This document shows, piece after piece, positions 37,127 through 45,783 of a stretch of 55,975 nt of DNA; positions within the stretch are counted from its first letter, which is position 1, and each line of letters begins with the position of its first letter. This stretch comes from Burkholderiales bacterium (GTDB lineage: Bacteria; Pseudomonadota; Gammaproteobacteria; Burkholderiales; SG8-41). A model generated the notes under the pieces. That model made no database searches and was not told the DNA's origin. It saw only the letters and a list, made by a program, of their open reading frames with translations. The DNA lies in assembly GCA_038144955.1 (NCBI GenBank), contig JAYQOT010000006.1:1-55975 (forward strand). Reading direction: 5' to 3'. The translations under genes were made by a program, and so were the position numbers.

Positions 37127-39670
37127 CTATTCCTCTTCGTCGGTTTCGACGATAGTCTCCATGCCGACCAGCAATTCGCCTTCGTCCAGGTTGATCAGCC
37201 GCACCCCTTGAGTCGACCGCCCCTGCTCACGCACCTCGGATACACGGGTGCGGATCAGCACGCCACCGGTGGTAATCAGCATGATCTCGTCTTCCTTGTT
37301 CACCAGCTGCGCACCAACCAGCTTGCCGTTGCGTTCGCTCGACTGGATCGCGATCATGCCCTGCGTGCCGCGACCGTGTCGCGTGTACTCGGAAACGGGC
37401 GTGCGCTTGCCATAGCCGTGCTCGGTGGCAGTCAGCACCGACTGGGTTTCCTCTTCGGTGGTCAGCAACGAGATAACCTTCTGTTTCGGCTGCAATTTCA
37501 TGCCGCGCACCCCGGCCGCCGCCCGCCCCATCGCGCGCACTTCGCTTTCCTTGAAGCGCACCGCCTTGCCGGCATCGGAGAACAGCATGATGTCCTGCTT
37601 GCCGTCGGTTACGGCCACGCCGATCAGGTAATCCCCGTCGTCGAGATTCACGGCGATGATGCCCTTGGCCATCGGCCGCGAAAAGGCTGACAACGCGGTT
37701 TTCTTCACCGTGCCGGTGGAAGTCGCCATGAACACGAAATGCTCGTCGTCGAAATCCCGCACCGGCAGGATCGCGGTGATTTTCTCGTGCTCCATCAGCG
37801 GCACCAGGTTGATGATCGGCTTGCCGCGCGAAGCACGACTGCCCTGGGGCACCTCGTAAACCTTGATCCAGTACACCCGTCCGCGGTTGGAGAAGCAGAG
37901 GATGTAATCGTGGGTGTTGGCAATGAACAGCTTCTCGACGAAATCATCATCCTTCGTCGTCGTCGCCTGCTTGCCGCGGCCACCGCGCTTCTGCGCGCGG
38001 TAATCGGCCACCGGCTGCGACTTCATGTAGCCGCCGTGAGAAAGCGTCACCACCACGTCCTCGGGCTGGATCAGATCCTCGGTGCTCAGATCCTGGGTCT
38101 TGATGACAATTTCGCTGCGCCGCTCGTCGCCATACTGTTTTTTGACTTCGGCGAGTTCGGTGGAAATGATCTTGGTCACCCGGCCCGGCTTGTCGAGGAT
38201 GTCGAGCAGGTCGGTGATCTTGTCCATCGTCTCGCGATACTCGCTGACAATCTTGTCCTGCTCCAGTGCGGTCAGCCGCTGCAGACGAAGTTCCAGAATC
38301 TGCTGGGCCTGTGCCTCGGAGAGTTTGTAACCCTTTTTCTGCAGTCCGAACTCCACCGCCAGCCCTTCCGGACGATAGGAGGCGCCCTCGCCACGCGACA
38401 GCAGGTCTTCGACCAGCTTGGAGCGCCAGAACCGCGCCATCAGTTCCTGCTTGGCATCGGCCGGGGTCGGTGCCGCCTTGATCAGCGCGATGACTTCATC
38501 GACGTTCGACAGCGCCACGGCCAGACCTTCCAGCAGGTGGCCGCGTTCGCGCGCCTTGCGCAGCTCGAATACCGTGCGCCGGGTCACCACTTCGCGGCGG
38601 TGGCGCAGGAAGGCTTCGAGGAATTCCTTCAGATTGAGGATGCGCGGCTGGCCGTCGACCAGCGCGACCATGTTCATGCCGAAACTCTCCTGCATCTGCG
38701 TGTCTTTCCACAGATTGTTCAGGACGATTTCGGGAACCTCGCCACGCTTGAGTTCGATCACCGCTCGCATGCCGGACTTGTCGGACTCATCGCGGATGTC
38801 GGAAATACCCTCGAGCCTCTTTTCCCGGACCAGCTCGCCGATCTTCATCAGCAGGTTGGCCTTGTTGACCTGGTAGGGCAGTTCGTCGATGACGATGCTG
38901 ACGCGTCCGCCCTTCTCGGTTTCCTCGAAATGGGTGCGTGCGCGCATTACCACCTTGCCGCGACCCGTACGATAACCATCGTGGACCCCCTGCACGCCGT
39001 AAATGATCCCGGCGGTCGGGAAATCCGGCGCAGGCACTATCGCAATCAGCTCATTAATGGTGATGTCGGGATTTTTAAGCAGTGCCTGGCAGCCTTCGAC
39101 GACCTCGCCCAGATTGTGCGGGGGAATATTGGTTGCCATGCCCACCGCTATGCCCGAGGAACCGTTGACCAGCAGGTTCGGCACCTTGGTCGGCAGCGTG
39201 ACCGGTTCTTTTTCCTTGCCGTCATAGTTGTCGACGAAATCGACGGTTTCCATGTCGATGTCGGCAAGCATGTCGGAGGTGATCTTTTCCAGCCGGCATT
39301 CGGTATAGCGGTAGGCCGCTGCCGAGTCGCCGTCGACCGAACCGAAGTTGCCCTGGCCGTCGATCAGCGTGTAGCGCATCGAGAAGTTCTGCGCCATGCG
39401 CACCAGCGCTTCGTAGGTCGCGCTGTCGCCGTGAGGATGGTATTTACCGAGCACGTCACCGACTACGCGAGCGCACTTCACGTAGGGTCGGTTCCACACA
39501 TTATTGGCCTCGTGCATCGCAAACAGAATGCGGCGGTGCACCGGCTTCAGTCCGTCGCGCACGTCGGGCAGCGCGCGACCGACGATGACGCTCATCGCAT
39601 AGTCGAGATAGGAACGCCGCATCTCCTCTTCAAGGCTGATGGGCAGGGTTTCTTTGGCAAATTGATCCAT
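37127..39670 (-). CDS. gyrA: DNA gyrase subunit A
   Basis: ..[18 protein letters not shown].., QRDR ..[13 protein letters not shown].., active-site ..AAYRYTE.., and a C-terminal beta-pinwheel; 847 aa. Confidence 0.97.
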   Translation of the reverse strand: MDQFAKETLPISLEEEMRRSYLDYAMSVIVGRALPDVRDGLKPVHRRILFAMHEANNVWNRPYVKCARVVGDVLGKYHPHGDSATYEALVRMAQNFSMRYTLIDGQGNFGSVDGDSAAAYRYTECRLEKITSDMLADIDMETVDFVDNYDGKEKEPVTLPTKVPNLLVNGSSGIAVGMATNIPPHNLGEVVEGCQALLKNPDITINELIAIVPAPDFPTAGIIYGVQGVHDGYRTGRGKVVMRARTHFEETEKGGRVSIVIDELPYQVNKANLLMKIGELVREKRLEGISDIRDESDKSGMRAVIELKRGEVPEIVLNNLWKDTQMQESFGMNMVALVDGQPRILNLKEFLEAFLRHRREVVTRRTVFELRKARERGHLLEGLAVALSNVDEVIALIKAAPTPADAKQELMARFWRSKLVEDLLSRGEGASYRPEGLAVEFGLQKKGYKLSEAQAQQILELRLQRLTALEQDKIVSEYRETMDKITDLLDILDKPGRVTKIISTELAEVKKQYGDERRSEIVIKTQDLSTEDLIQPEDVVVTLSHGGYMKSQPVADYRAQKRGGRGKQATTTKDDDFVEKLFIANTHDYILCFSNRGRVYWIKVYEVPQGSRASRGKPIINLVPLMEHEKITAILPVRDFDDEHFVFMATSTGTVKKTALSAFSRPMAKGIIAVNLDDGDYLIGVAVTDGKQDIMLFSDAGKAVRFKESEVRAMGRAAAGVRGMKLQPKQKVISLLTTEEETQSVLTATEHGYGKRTPVSEYTRHGRGTQGMIAIQSSERNGKLVGAQLVNKEDEIMLITTGGVLIRTRVSEVREQGRSTQGVRLINLDEGELLVGMETIVETDEEE

Positions 39671-39743
39671 GAAATGTCCGGTCGGATTTTCCGGCGTTCC
39701 GGGCCTTCATAAGGTCCCGGATGCAGTAGTTACAAAGCGTGGA

Positions 39744-39752
39744 ATTCTAACA
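39744..39752 (-). promoter_or_regulatory. candidate extended -10 promoter (TGtTAGAAT) for gyrA
   Basis: The minus strand reads tgttagaat about 75 nt upstream of the gyrA ATG. No convincing -35. Confidence 0.25.
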
Positions 39753-40251
39753 TGCGACGAGAGACAGAATGCCCTCCACCCGTCCCATCTTCGACAAAGA
39801 TTGCGACCAGCAGCCGGCCAAGCACCAATCTGCGAGACCTCCCCGCCAAACCCGATCTGATCGCAGTATCAACACATGCCCCGCTCATCCAGGCACAGTG
39901 GCAAATCAGAGGAAAAATCGGGACGTGATTCCGTCTGCAGCTCAACCGCAAAGGCGTCAACCTTGGCAGCGATATCCACATGCATGCGGCATTGCAATGC
40001 ACCGGAAATTTGAAGCTCTCGAGCGCAGCACCCCCCCTTGTTCCATAAAGTGAAATAATCCCTGTTCCGGTACGGGAAATCGGCCAGCGCACGCTATGCT
40101 TTTTTTTTTAGAAACATGTTACTATCGCTCCAAGGTTTACTCGGATATCGGGGATGTGGTATCTAGTGGCCTTCGGGGAGATTAAATTTTAGTTTTTCCG
40201 GGTATCCGGCACGTCCCTATACTCTTTTCGCAAAACAGGAGGATCAAAAAC

Positions 40252-41025
40252 ATGCGTTCAGCTCTTAGGTTCATCATTGCAGGCGCCGTCGCTGCGGCAG
40301 CGTTTGCACCTGCGCTCGGTTCAGCCGCAGGCAAGGACGGGTACCTGACTACCACCGCCGGTGATGTGGTCAAGGCTTCCGGCGCAGGCGTCTGCGTCCG
40401 CACCAGCCAATGGACACCTGCCCTGGCCATCGCCGAGTGCGATCCGGATCTGGTGAAGAAAGCCGCTCCGGCACAGAAAGCCAAGCCGGCACAGAAAGCC
40501 AAGCCGGCACAGAAAGCCAAGCCGGCCCAGAAAGCCAAGCCCAAAAAGCCCTCGATGCTCAACATCACCGAGAAAATCGAGTTGCAGGGCATGGAGTTCA
40601 ACAAGGCCGAAATGACCGCTGACAACAAGAAGGATCTGGACAAGTTCCTCGGCGTCCTCGGCAAAGCCAACAAGTCGCGCGGCCCCGTGCAGATCGGTGC
40701 AGTCATCGTAACCGGTCACACCGACCGCATCGGCAACCTAGGCTACAACATGAAGCTCTCGGAGCGCCGTGCCATCACGGTCAAGGACTACATCGTCTCC
40801 AAGGGCGTCGACCAGAAGCTGATCTTCTGGGAAGGCAAAGGCCCGAAACAGCCGATCCCGGTCACCAAGTTCTGCGACAACAAGATGCAGCGCAAACAGC
40901 TGATCGAGTGTCTCTCGCCGAACCGCCGTGTCACCGTGGAAGTGGTTGGCCGTGCCGTGAACCTGAAGCCGAAGGCTGCTGCCAAGAAAAAGGCAGCTTC
41001 CAAGAAGCCCGCCTCACGTCGCTAA
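40252..41025 (+). CDS. OmpA-family (peptidoglycan-binding) envelope protein with repeat hinge and Lys-rich tail
   Basis: Signal peptide MRSALRFIIAGAVAAAAFAPALGSAAG, hinge (PAQKAK)x4, OmpA_C motif ..VTGHTDRIGNLGYNMKLSERRAITVKDY.., and tail ..KPKAAAKKKAASKKPASRR. AGGAGG SD upstream. Confidence 0.85.
   Translation: MRSALRFIIAGAVAAAAFAPALGSAAGKDGYLTTTAGDVVKASGAGVCVRTSQWTPALAIAECDPDLVKKAAPAQKAKPAQKAKPAQKAKPAQKAKPKKPSMLNITEKIELQGMEFNKAEMTADNKKDLDKFLGVLGKANKSRGPVQIGAVIVTGHTDRIGNLGYNMKLSERRAITVKDYIVSKGVDQKLIFWEGKGPKQPIPVTKFCDNKMQRKQLIECLSPNRRVTVEVVGRAVNLKPKAAAKKKAASKKPASRR
40468..40539 (+). repeat. 4 x 18-bp perfect/near-perfect tandem repeat inside the OmpA-family CDS
   Basis: ccggcacagaaagccaag repeated at 40468, 40486, 40504 and 40522 (the last copy has one A>C change). 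Encodes PAQKAK units. Confidence 0.95.
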
Positions 41026-41045
41026 GCTTCAACAGCATCACGAAA

Positions 41046-41073
41046 AGCCCTGCTTCGGCAGGGCTTTTTTTTT
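41046..41073 (+). terminator. rho-independent terminator of the OmpA-family gene
   Basis: agccctgc-ttcg-gcagggct followed by T9. Confidence 0.85.
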
Positions 41074-41110
41074 AATACAATCACCGTGAAACCTGCGGAA
41101 CCCTTCACGA

Positions 41111-42421
41111 ATGCCGTCCACCACGATCATCGAGCCACGCTGGGTCATCCCGGTCGAACCGGTCAATACCGTGCTGCTCGATCATGCCGTAGTCATTGAA
41201 GACGAGCGCATTGCCGCCCTGCTGCCGGCTGCCGAGGCGACTTCGCGTTATCCCGGCGCCGCGCATGTGCATCTGCCCGACCACGCCCTGATCCCGGGGC
41301 TGGTCAACCTGCATACCCACGCCGCAATGTCGCTGATGCGCGGGATGGCCGATGACCTGGCGCTGATGGACTGGCTGCAGAACCACATCTGGCCAGCCGA
41401 AGGCCGGCTGGTTTCGCATGAATTCGTCCATGACGGCACGCTGCTTGCCTGCGCCGAGATGCTGCGCGGAGGCATCACCTGCTTCAACGACATGTATTTC
41501 TTCCCCGAAGCTGCTGCCCGCGCCGCCCTGCAGGCCGGCATGCGCGCCGCTATCGGCATCATTACTATCGAATTCCGCTCGGCTTATGCCAGCGATGCCC
41601 AAGATTACCTAACCAAGGGGATGGCGCTGCGCGATTCATTGCGCGACGAACCACTGCTTTCGTTCTGCCTGGCACCCCACGCCCCGTTCACTGTTTCCGA
41701 CGAGACGTTTGCGCAGATCGCCACTTACGCCGGAGAGCTGGACCTGCCGGTGCATATCCATATCCACGAAACCGCCCAGGAAGTCGGTGAAAGCGTTGCC
41801 AAACACGGCGTCCGACCGCTGGCGCGTTTGGAGAAAGCCGGTCTGCCGGGTCCGGGACTGATCGCCGTGCACGGCGTGCATCTCGACGACAGCGAAATCA
41901 CCCTCCTGTCGAAAAACGGCTGTTCGGTGGCGCACTGTCCATCCTCGAACCTCAAGCTGGCCAGCGGCATCGCACCGGTGGCAGCACTGCTGCGCGCCGG
42001 GGTCAACATCGGCCTGGGTACCGATGGTGCGGCCAGCAACAACCGTTTCGACCTCTTCACCGAAATGCGCCTGGCGGCGCTACTCGCCAAGGGCAGCAGC
42101 GGCGATCCGACAGTCATGCCTGCCCACCAGGCCCTGGAATGCGCCACGCTCGGCGGCGCCCGCGCGCTGGGACTGCACTCCCGCATCGGCAGCATCACGC
42201 CGGGGAAACTTGCGGACCTCACCGCGGTCAATCTGACAACGACCGCAACGTCGCCCTGCTACGATCCGGTATCGCACCTGGTCTATGCCGCAGGACGCGA
42301 ACACGTCAGCGACGTCTGGGTCAACGGCAGGCAACTGGTTGCCGGCGGGCGGCTGACCAGCCTCGATGAACCGGCACTGCTCGCCCGTGCCCGCAACTGG
42401 CAGAAAAAGATACGTCCATGA
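41111..42421 (+). CDS. mtaD: TRZ/ATZ-family aminohydrolase (5-methylthioadenosine/S-adenosylhomocysteine deaminase-like)
   Basis: ..LIPGLVNLHTHAAMSLMRG.. (H-x-H), ..HIHIHET.., ..VAHCPSSNLKLASG.., ..LGTDGAASNN.. The position upstream of ubiG matches the arrangement I recall in Pseudomonas. Confidence 0.7.
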   Translation: MPSTTIIEPRWVIPVEPVNTVLLDHAVVIEDERIAALLPAAEATSRYPGAAHVHLPDHALIPGLVNLHTHAAMSLMRGMADDLALMDWLQNHIWPAEGRLVSHEFVHDGTLLACAEMLRGGITCFNDMYFFPEAAARAALQAGMRAAIGIITIEFRSAYASDAQDYLTKGMALRDSLRDEPLLSFCLAPHAPFTVSDETFAQIATYAGELDLPVHIHIHETAQEVGESVAKHGVRPLARLEKAGLPGPGLIAVHGVHLDDSEITLLSKNGCSVAHCPSSNLKLASGIAPVAALLRAGVNIGLGTDGAASNNRFDLFTEMRLAALLAKGSSGDPTVMPAHQALECATLGGARALGLHSRIGSITPGKLADLTAVNLTTTATSPCYDPVSHLVYAAGREHVSDVWVNGRQLVAGGRLTSLDEPALLARARNWQKKIRP

Positions 42422-43122
42422 CCATCAACGTCGATCCGGCTGAACTCGAAAAATTCAGCGCCCTGGCCCACCGCTGGTGGGACCCGGAAAGCGAATTCCG
42501 GCCACTGCATGAAATCAATCCGCTGCGCCTTGAATACATCGACAGCGTCGCCGCAATTCGCGGCAAGAATGTGCTCGACGTCGGCTGCGGCGGCGGTATC
42601 CTCGCCGAGGCCATGGCTGCCCGCGGCGCCAAAGTTACCGGCATCGATCTGGCCGACAAGCCGCTGAAGGTGGCGCAACTTCATCTGCGCATCTCCGGCC
42701 TGGAGGTCAACTACCGCAGCGTCGCGGTGGAAGAACTCGCCAGGGAAGCGCCGCACAGTTTCTCGGTGGTAACCTGCATGGAAATGCTCGAACACGTGCC
42801 GGACCCGGCAGCCGTGGTCCAAGCCTGTGCCGATCTGCTTGAACCCGGTGGCCATGCGTTTTTTGCCACGCTCAACCGCAATCCCAAATCCTATCTCTAC
42901 GCCATCATCGGTGCGGAGTACGTGCTCAACCTGCTGCCGCGCGGCACCCACGACTACGCGCGCTTCATCAAGCCTTCGGAACTGGCCCGCTTCTGCCGTG
43001 ACGCCGGGCTCGAAGTCGAAGGCGTCACCGGCATGACCTACAACCCGTTCAGCAAGACTTACGCGCTGGAAGCCGATGCCAGCGTCAACTACATCCTCTG
43101 CGCCCGCGCGCCTGCCCGCTGA
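42418..43122 (+). CDS. ubiG: bifunctional 3-demethylubiquinol / 2-polyprenyl-6-hydroxyphenol O-methyltransferase
   Basis: ..FSALAHRWWDPESEFRPLHEINPLRL.., SAM motif VLDVGCGGGILAE, ..CMEMLEHVPDP.. ; ATGA overlap with mtaD. Confidence 0.9.
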   Translation: MTINVDPAELEKFSALAHRWWDPESEFRPLHEINPLRLEYIDSVAAIRGKNVLDVGCGGGILAEAMAARGAKVTGIDLADKPLKVAQLHLRISGLEVNYRSVAVEELAREAPHSFSVVTCMEMLEHVPDPAAVVQACADLLEPGGHAFFATLNRNPKSYLYAIIGAEYVLNLLPRGTHDYARFIKPSELARFCRDAGLEVEGVTGMTYNPFSKTYALEADASVNYILCARAPAR

Positions 43123-43766
43123 TGCGCCGCGCAGTCCTGTTCGATCTCGACGGCACCTTTGCCGACACCGCGCCCGATCTCGGCTACGCCATTAATGCCA
43201 TGCGCGCGGCGCGCGGACTTAATCCGGTGCCGCTGGCCGACACCCGCAAGGTCACATCGCTGGGTGCGCGCGGACTGCTCGGCGTCGGCTTCAACATGGG
43301 ACCGGACCACGCTGATTACCCGGCAATGCGCGAGGAATTCCTGACCATTTACGAAAACAACCTGTGCCGCGACAGCGTGCTGTTTCCGGGCATGTCGCGC
43401 CTGATCGATACCCTGGAGAACAAAGGCATTGTCTGGGGCATCGTCACCAACAAGGCCGAGCGTTTCGCCAAACCGCTGATCGAGCAACTGGGGTATGCCG
43501 CACGCACCGCCTGCATCATCGGCGGCGACACCACGGGACACCTGAAACCCCATCCGGCGCCGCTGCTTGCTGCCTGCGAAATCATCCGCATCGAACCGGC
43601 CTCCTGCCATTACGTTGGCGATGACCGCCGCGACATCGAGGCCGGCCGCGCCGCAGGCATGCGCACCGTCGCCGTCCGCTTTGGCTACCTCAACGGCAGC
43701 AACCCCGACGAATGGGGCGCGGATGCCGTGGTCTCTGCCCCGGAAGAAATAGAAAAACTTATATAA
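43122..43766 (+). CDS. HAD-IA phosphatase (phosphoglycolate phosphatase Gph / MupP-like)
   Basis: ..VLFDLDGTFADT.. (DxDGT), ..IVTNK.., ..YVGDDRRDIEAGRAAG.. A gene in this position after ubiG is MupP in Pseudomonas, so Gph versus MupP cannot be decided from sequence alone. Confidence 0.75.
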   Translation: MRRAVLFDLDGTFADTAPDLGYAINAMRAARGLNPVPLADTRKVTSLGARGLLGVGFNMGPDHADYPAMREEFLTIYENNLCRDSVLFPGMSRLIDTLENKGIVWGIVTNKAERFAKPLIEQLGYAARTACIIGGDTTGHLKPHPAPLLAACEIIRIEPASCHYVGDDRRDIEAGRAAGMRTVAVRFGYLNGSNPDEWGADAVVSAPEEIEKLI

Positions 43767-43859
43767 AACATATACTTAATTCGTTTTTCCCGGTATGAGA
43801 TAATCCCCCTCGCCGCCAGCCCTTGAACTCGGGCCCGGCGACGCAATCTGAAGAAACAT

Positions 43860-44224
43860 GGGGGCGACCTGGTTTCGACGTGGGTCACAAAGCAGCACAG
43901 GGCATGCCAAGGTCCAGTCACCTTGTAAATCCGCTGGAAACTTTATACACGCCAACGACGAGCGTTACGCTCTAGCCGCCTAATACCGGCTAGACGCTGC
44001 ACTGATCTGCTGATGGGTCAGGCCGGGAAACCGGTGCAGCGTCATTTACATCAGCCTCTCCGCAGGGTTTGGTCGCTTAATCCTGCGGATCCGTCGAAGC
44101 GACTGGCCAGACACCAGCCTGCCGGTTGGCGGGTGCGAGGCGAGACCCAAACAACCAGGCTAAGCATGTAGTCCTGACTGTGGAGGGCTTGCGGACGCGG
44201 GTTCGATTCCCGCCGCCTCCACCA
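43860..44224 (+). ncRNA. ssrA: tmRNA (SsrA)
   Basis: 5' GGGGGCGACCTGGTTTCGACG pairs with 3' ..GGACGCGGGTTCGATTCCCGCCGCCTCCACCA (tRNA-Ala-like end with G3:U). The internal resume frame GCC AAC GAC GAG CGT TAC GCT CTA GCC GCC TAA (43951-43983) gives tag ANDERYALAA. Confidence 0.95.
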
Positions 44225-44232
44225 TCATGCAA

Positions 44233-44254
44233 AGGGCGCTACGGCGCCCTTTTT
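44233..44254 (+). terminator. rho-independent terminator after ssrA
   Basis: agggcgc-tacg-gcgccct followed by a T-run. Confidence 0.75.
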
Positions 44255-44294
44255 CATACCACAACTGCGGCACACCCATGATCTAATCCACGTC

Positions 44295-45137
44295 ATGCTC
44301 TCCTACCGCCACCAGTTCCACGCCGGCAATATCGCCGATGTCTTCAAGCACGCGCTGCTGACGCGGCTGCTGCTGGCACTCAACCGCAAGGACAAGCCCT
44401 ACTGCGTGGTCGAGACCCACGCCGGCGTCGGACTCTACGACCTGCAGCATCCGTGGGCGCAGAAAACCGAAGAATGGCGCAAGGGCATCAGCAAAGTGTT
44501 CGGTCGTGCCGATGCGCCCGAATCGCTGCGCCCCTACCTTGATGCCGTGCACGCCGAGAATTCCGATGGCCATCTGCGTAACTACCCGGGATCGCCGCGC
44601 ATCGCACGCCGGCTGATGCGCGACGCCGACCGCCTGGTGTTGTATGAATTGAACTCTGAAGACTGCGAAACCCTGCTCGGTCATTTCCGCAACGCGCGCC
44701 ACACGTCGATTCATCAACAGGACGGTTACACCGCGATCAAGGCAACGCTGCCGCCGAAGGAGCGCCGCGGCCTGCTGTTCATCGACGCGTCCTTCGACCA
44801 AGGCGAGGATTTCGCGCGGGTCGCCAGGGCCGTAAAGGAAGCGCATGCGCGATTCGCCACCGGCATGATCGCGGTGTGGTATCCGTTAATGGGTACATCC
44901 TCGATCGAAGCTTTTGAACGCAGCCTTGCCAGTGGCGGATTGTCGAAGACGCTGCAACTGGAACTGTACACCGAGCCCCGTGATTACAGCGATCACATTC
45001 CCGGCAGCGGCCTCATTGTCGTAAACCCGCCCTACGGGCTGGACCAGGAAGCGCCGCCCCTGCTCGACTGGCTGTGGCGTGTGCTGTCGCCGGACGGCAA
45101 AGGCGGCACGCGCTGCGAATGGCTGATTCCGGAATGA
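44295..45137 (+). CDS. rlmJ: 23S rRNA (adenine2030-N6)-methyltransferase
   Basis: MLSYRHQFHAGNIADVFKHALL.. N-terminus and ..GLIVVNPPYGL.. (N/D-PPY motif) are diagnostic for RlmJ; 280 aa. Confidence 0.88.
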   Translation: MLSYRHQFHAGNIADVFKHALLTRLLLALNRKDKPYCVVETHAGVGLYDLQHPWAQKTEEWRKGISKVFGRADAPESLRPYLDAVHAENSDGHLRNYPGSPRIARRLMRDADRLVLYELNSEDCETLLGHFRNARHTSIHQQDGYTAIKATLPPKERRGLLFIDASFDQGEDFARVARAVKEAHARFATGMIAVWYPLMGTSSIEAFERSLASGGLSKTLQLELYTEPRDYSDHIPGSGLIVVNPPYGLDQEAPPLLDWLWRVLSPDGKGGTRCEWLIPE

Positions 45138-45164
45138 AAAACGCCGGCGCTAGGCCGGCGTTTT
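45137..45164. terminator. bidirectional terminator between rlmJ and efp
   Basis: A5, cgccggc-gctag-gccggcg, T4. Confidence 0.65.
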
Positions 45165-45186
45165 AAGCTTCGCGCTGTAGATTCAA

Positions 45187-45747
45187 TCAGCCCTTGGTGC
45201 GGCTGCGATATTCGCCGGTGCGGGTGTCGATCTCGATCTTGTCGCCGGTCGAACAGAACAGCGGCACCTGGATTTCGTAGCCAGTGGCCAGCTTGGCCGG
45301 CTTCAGCACCTTGCCCGAGGTATCACCACGCACCGCGGGTTCGGTATAGATGATCTCGCGCACCAGGGTCTGCGGGATTTCCACAGAGATCGGGCGGCCT
45401 TCATAAAGCGTGACTTCGCAGGGCATGCCGTCCTCGAGGTAGTTCAGCGCGTCGCCCATGTTCTCCTTGTCCACCTCGAACTGGTTGAACTCGGCGTCCA
45501 TGAACACATAGGACGGCTCGGCGAAATACGAATAGGTGACTTCCTTGCGCTCGAGCTGCACGACGTCGAATTTCTCGTCGGCGCGATATACGGTTTCCGT
45601 ACCGCCGTTCGACAGCAGGTTGCGGAGCTTCATTTTCACGACCGAGGCATTGCGGCCCGATTTGCTGAACTCGGCCTTCTGCACCACCATGGGGTTCTTG
45701 CCTACCATGATGACGTTGCCTGCGCGGATTTCCTGTGCGATCTTCAT
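45187..45747 (-). CDS. efp: elongation factor P (Arg32 type)
   Basis: [15 protein letters not shown].., with loop ..[14 protein letters not shown].. placing Arg at position 32; 186 aa. Confidence 0.95.
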   Translation of the reverse strand: MKIAQEIRAGNVIMVGKNPMVVQKAEFSKSGRNASVVKMKLRNLLSNGGTETVYRADEKFDVVQLERKEVTYSYFAEPSYVFMDAEFNQFEVDKENMGDALNYLEDGMPCEVTLYEGRPISVEIPQTLVREIIYTEPAVRGDTSGKVLKPAKLATGYEIQVPLFCSTGDKIEIDTRTGEYRSRTKG

Positions 45748-45783
45748 GACCCTACGTCCTTGATTACCCGGTAAAAAAGGGCG

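Noticed and set aside
37739-39712. 657-aa ORF antisense to gyrA. Similar cases are 34792..36093 (opposite the serA-like gene and the serC 3' end), 10925..12001 (opposite the CocE/NonD gene), 8342..9403 (opposite the ligase), 20165..20998 and 31899..32702.
   Set aside because: All are mirror frames of confidently identified genes. They have low-complexity Arg/His/Gln-rich translations and no SD or start context, so they are treated as GC-bias artefacts.
39730-40092. 120-aa (minus) and 94-aa (plus, 39769..40053) ORFs in the gyrA/ompA spacer
   Set aside because: They are Cys/Arg/Pro-rich, lack an SD and overlap each other, so they are not credible proteins. The region is reported as non-coding instead.
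40468-40539. Short regular repeats as a possible CRISPR array
   Set aside because: The units are contiguous 18-mers with no spacers, they lie in frame inside a CDS, and they encode PAQKAK. The 189-bp repeats at 2654-2999 are far too long and are also spacer-less. No cas genes are present.
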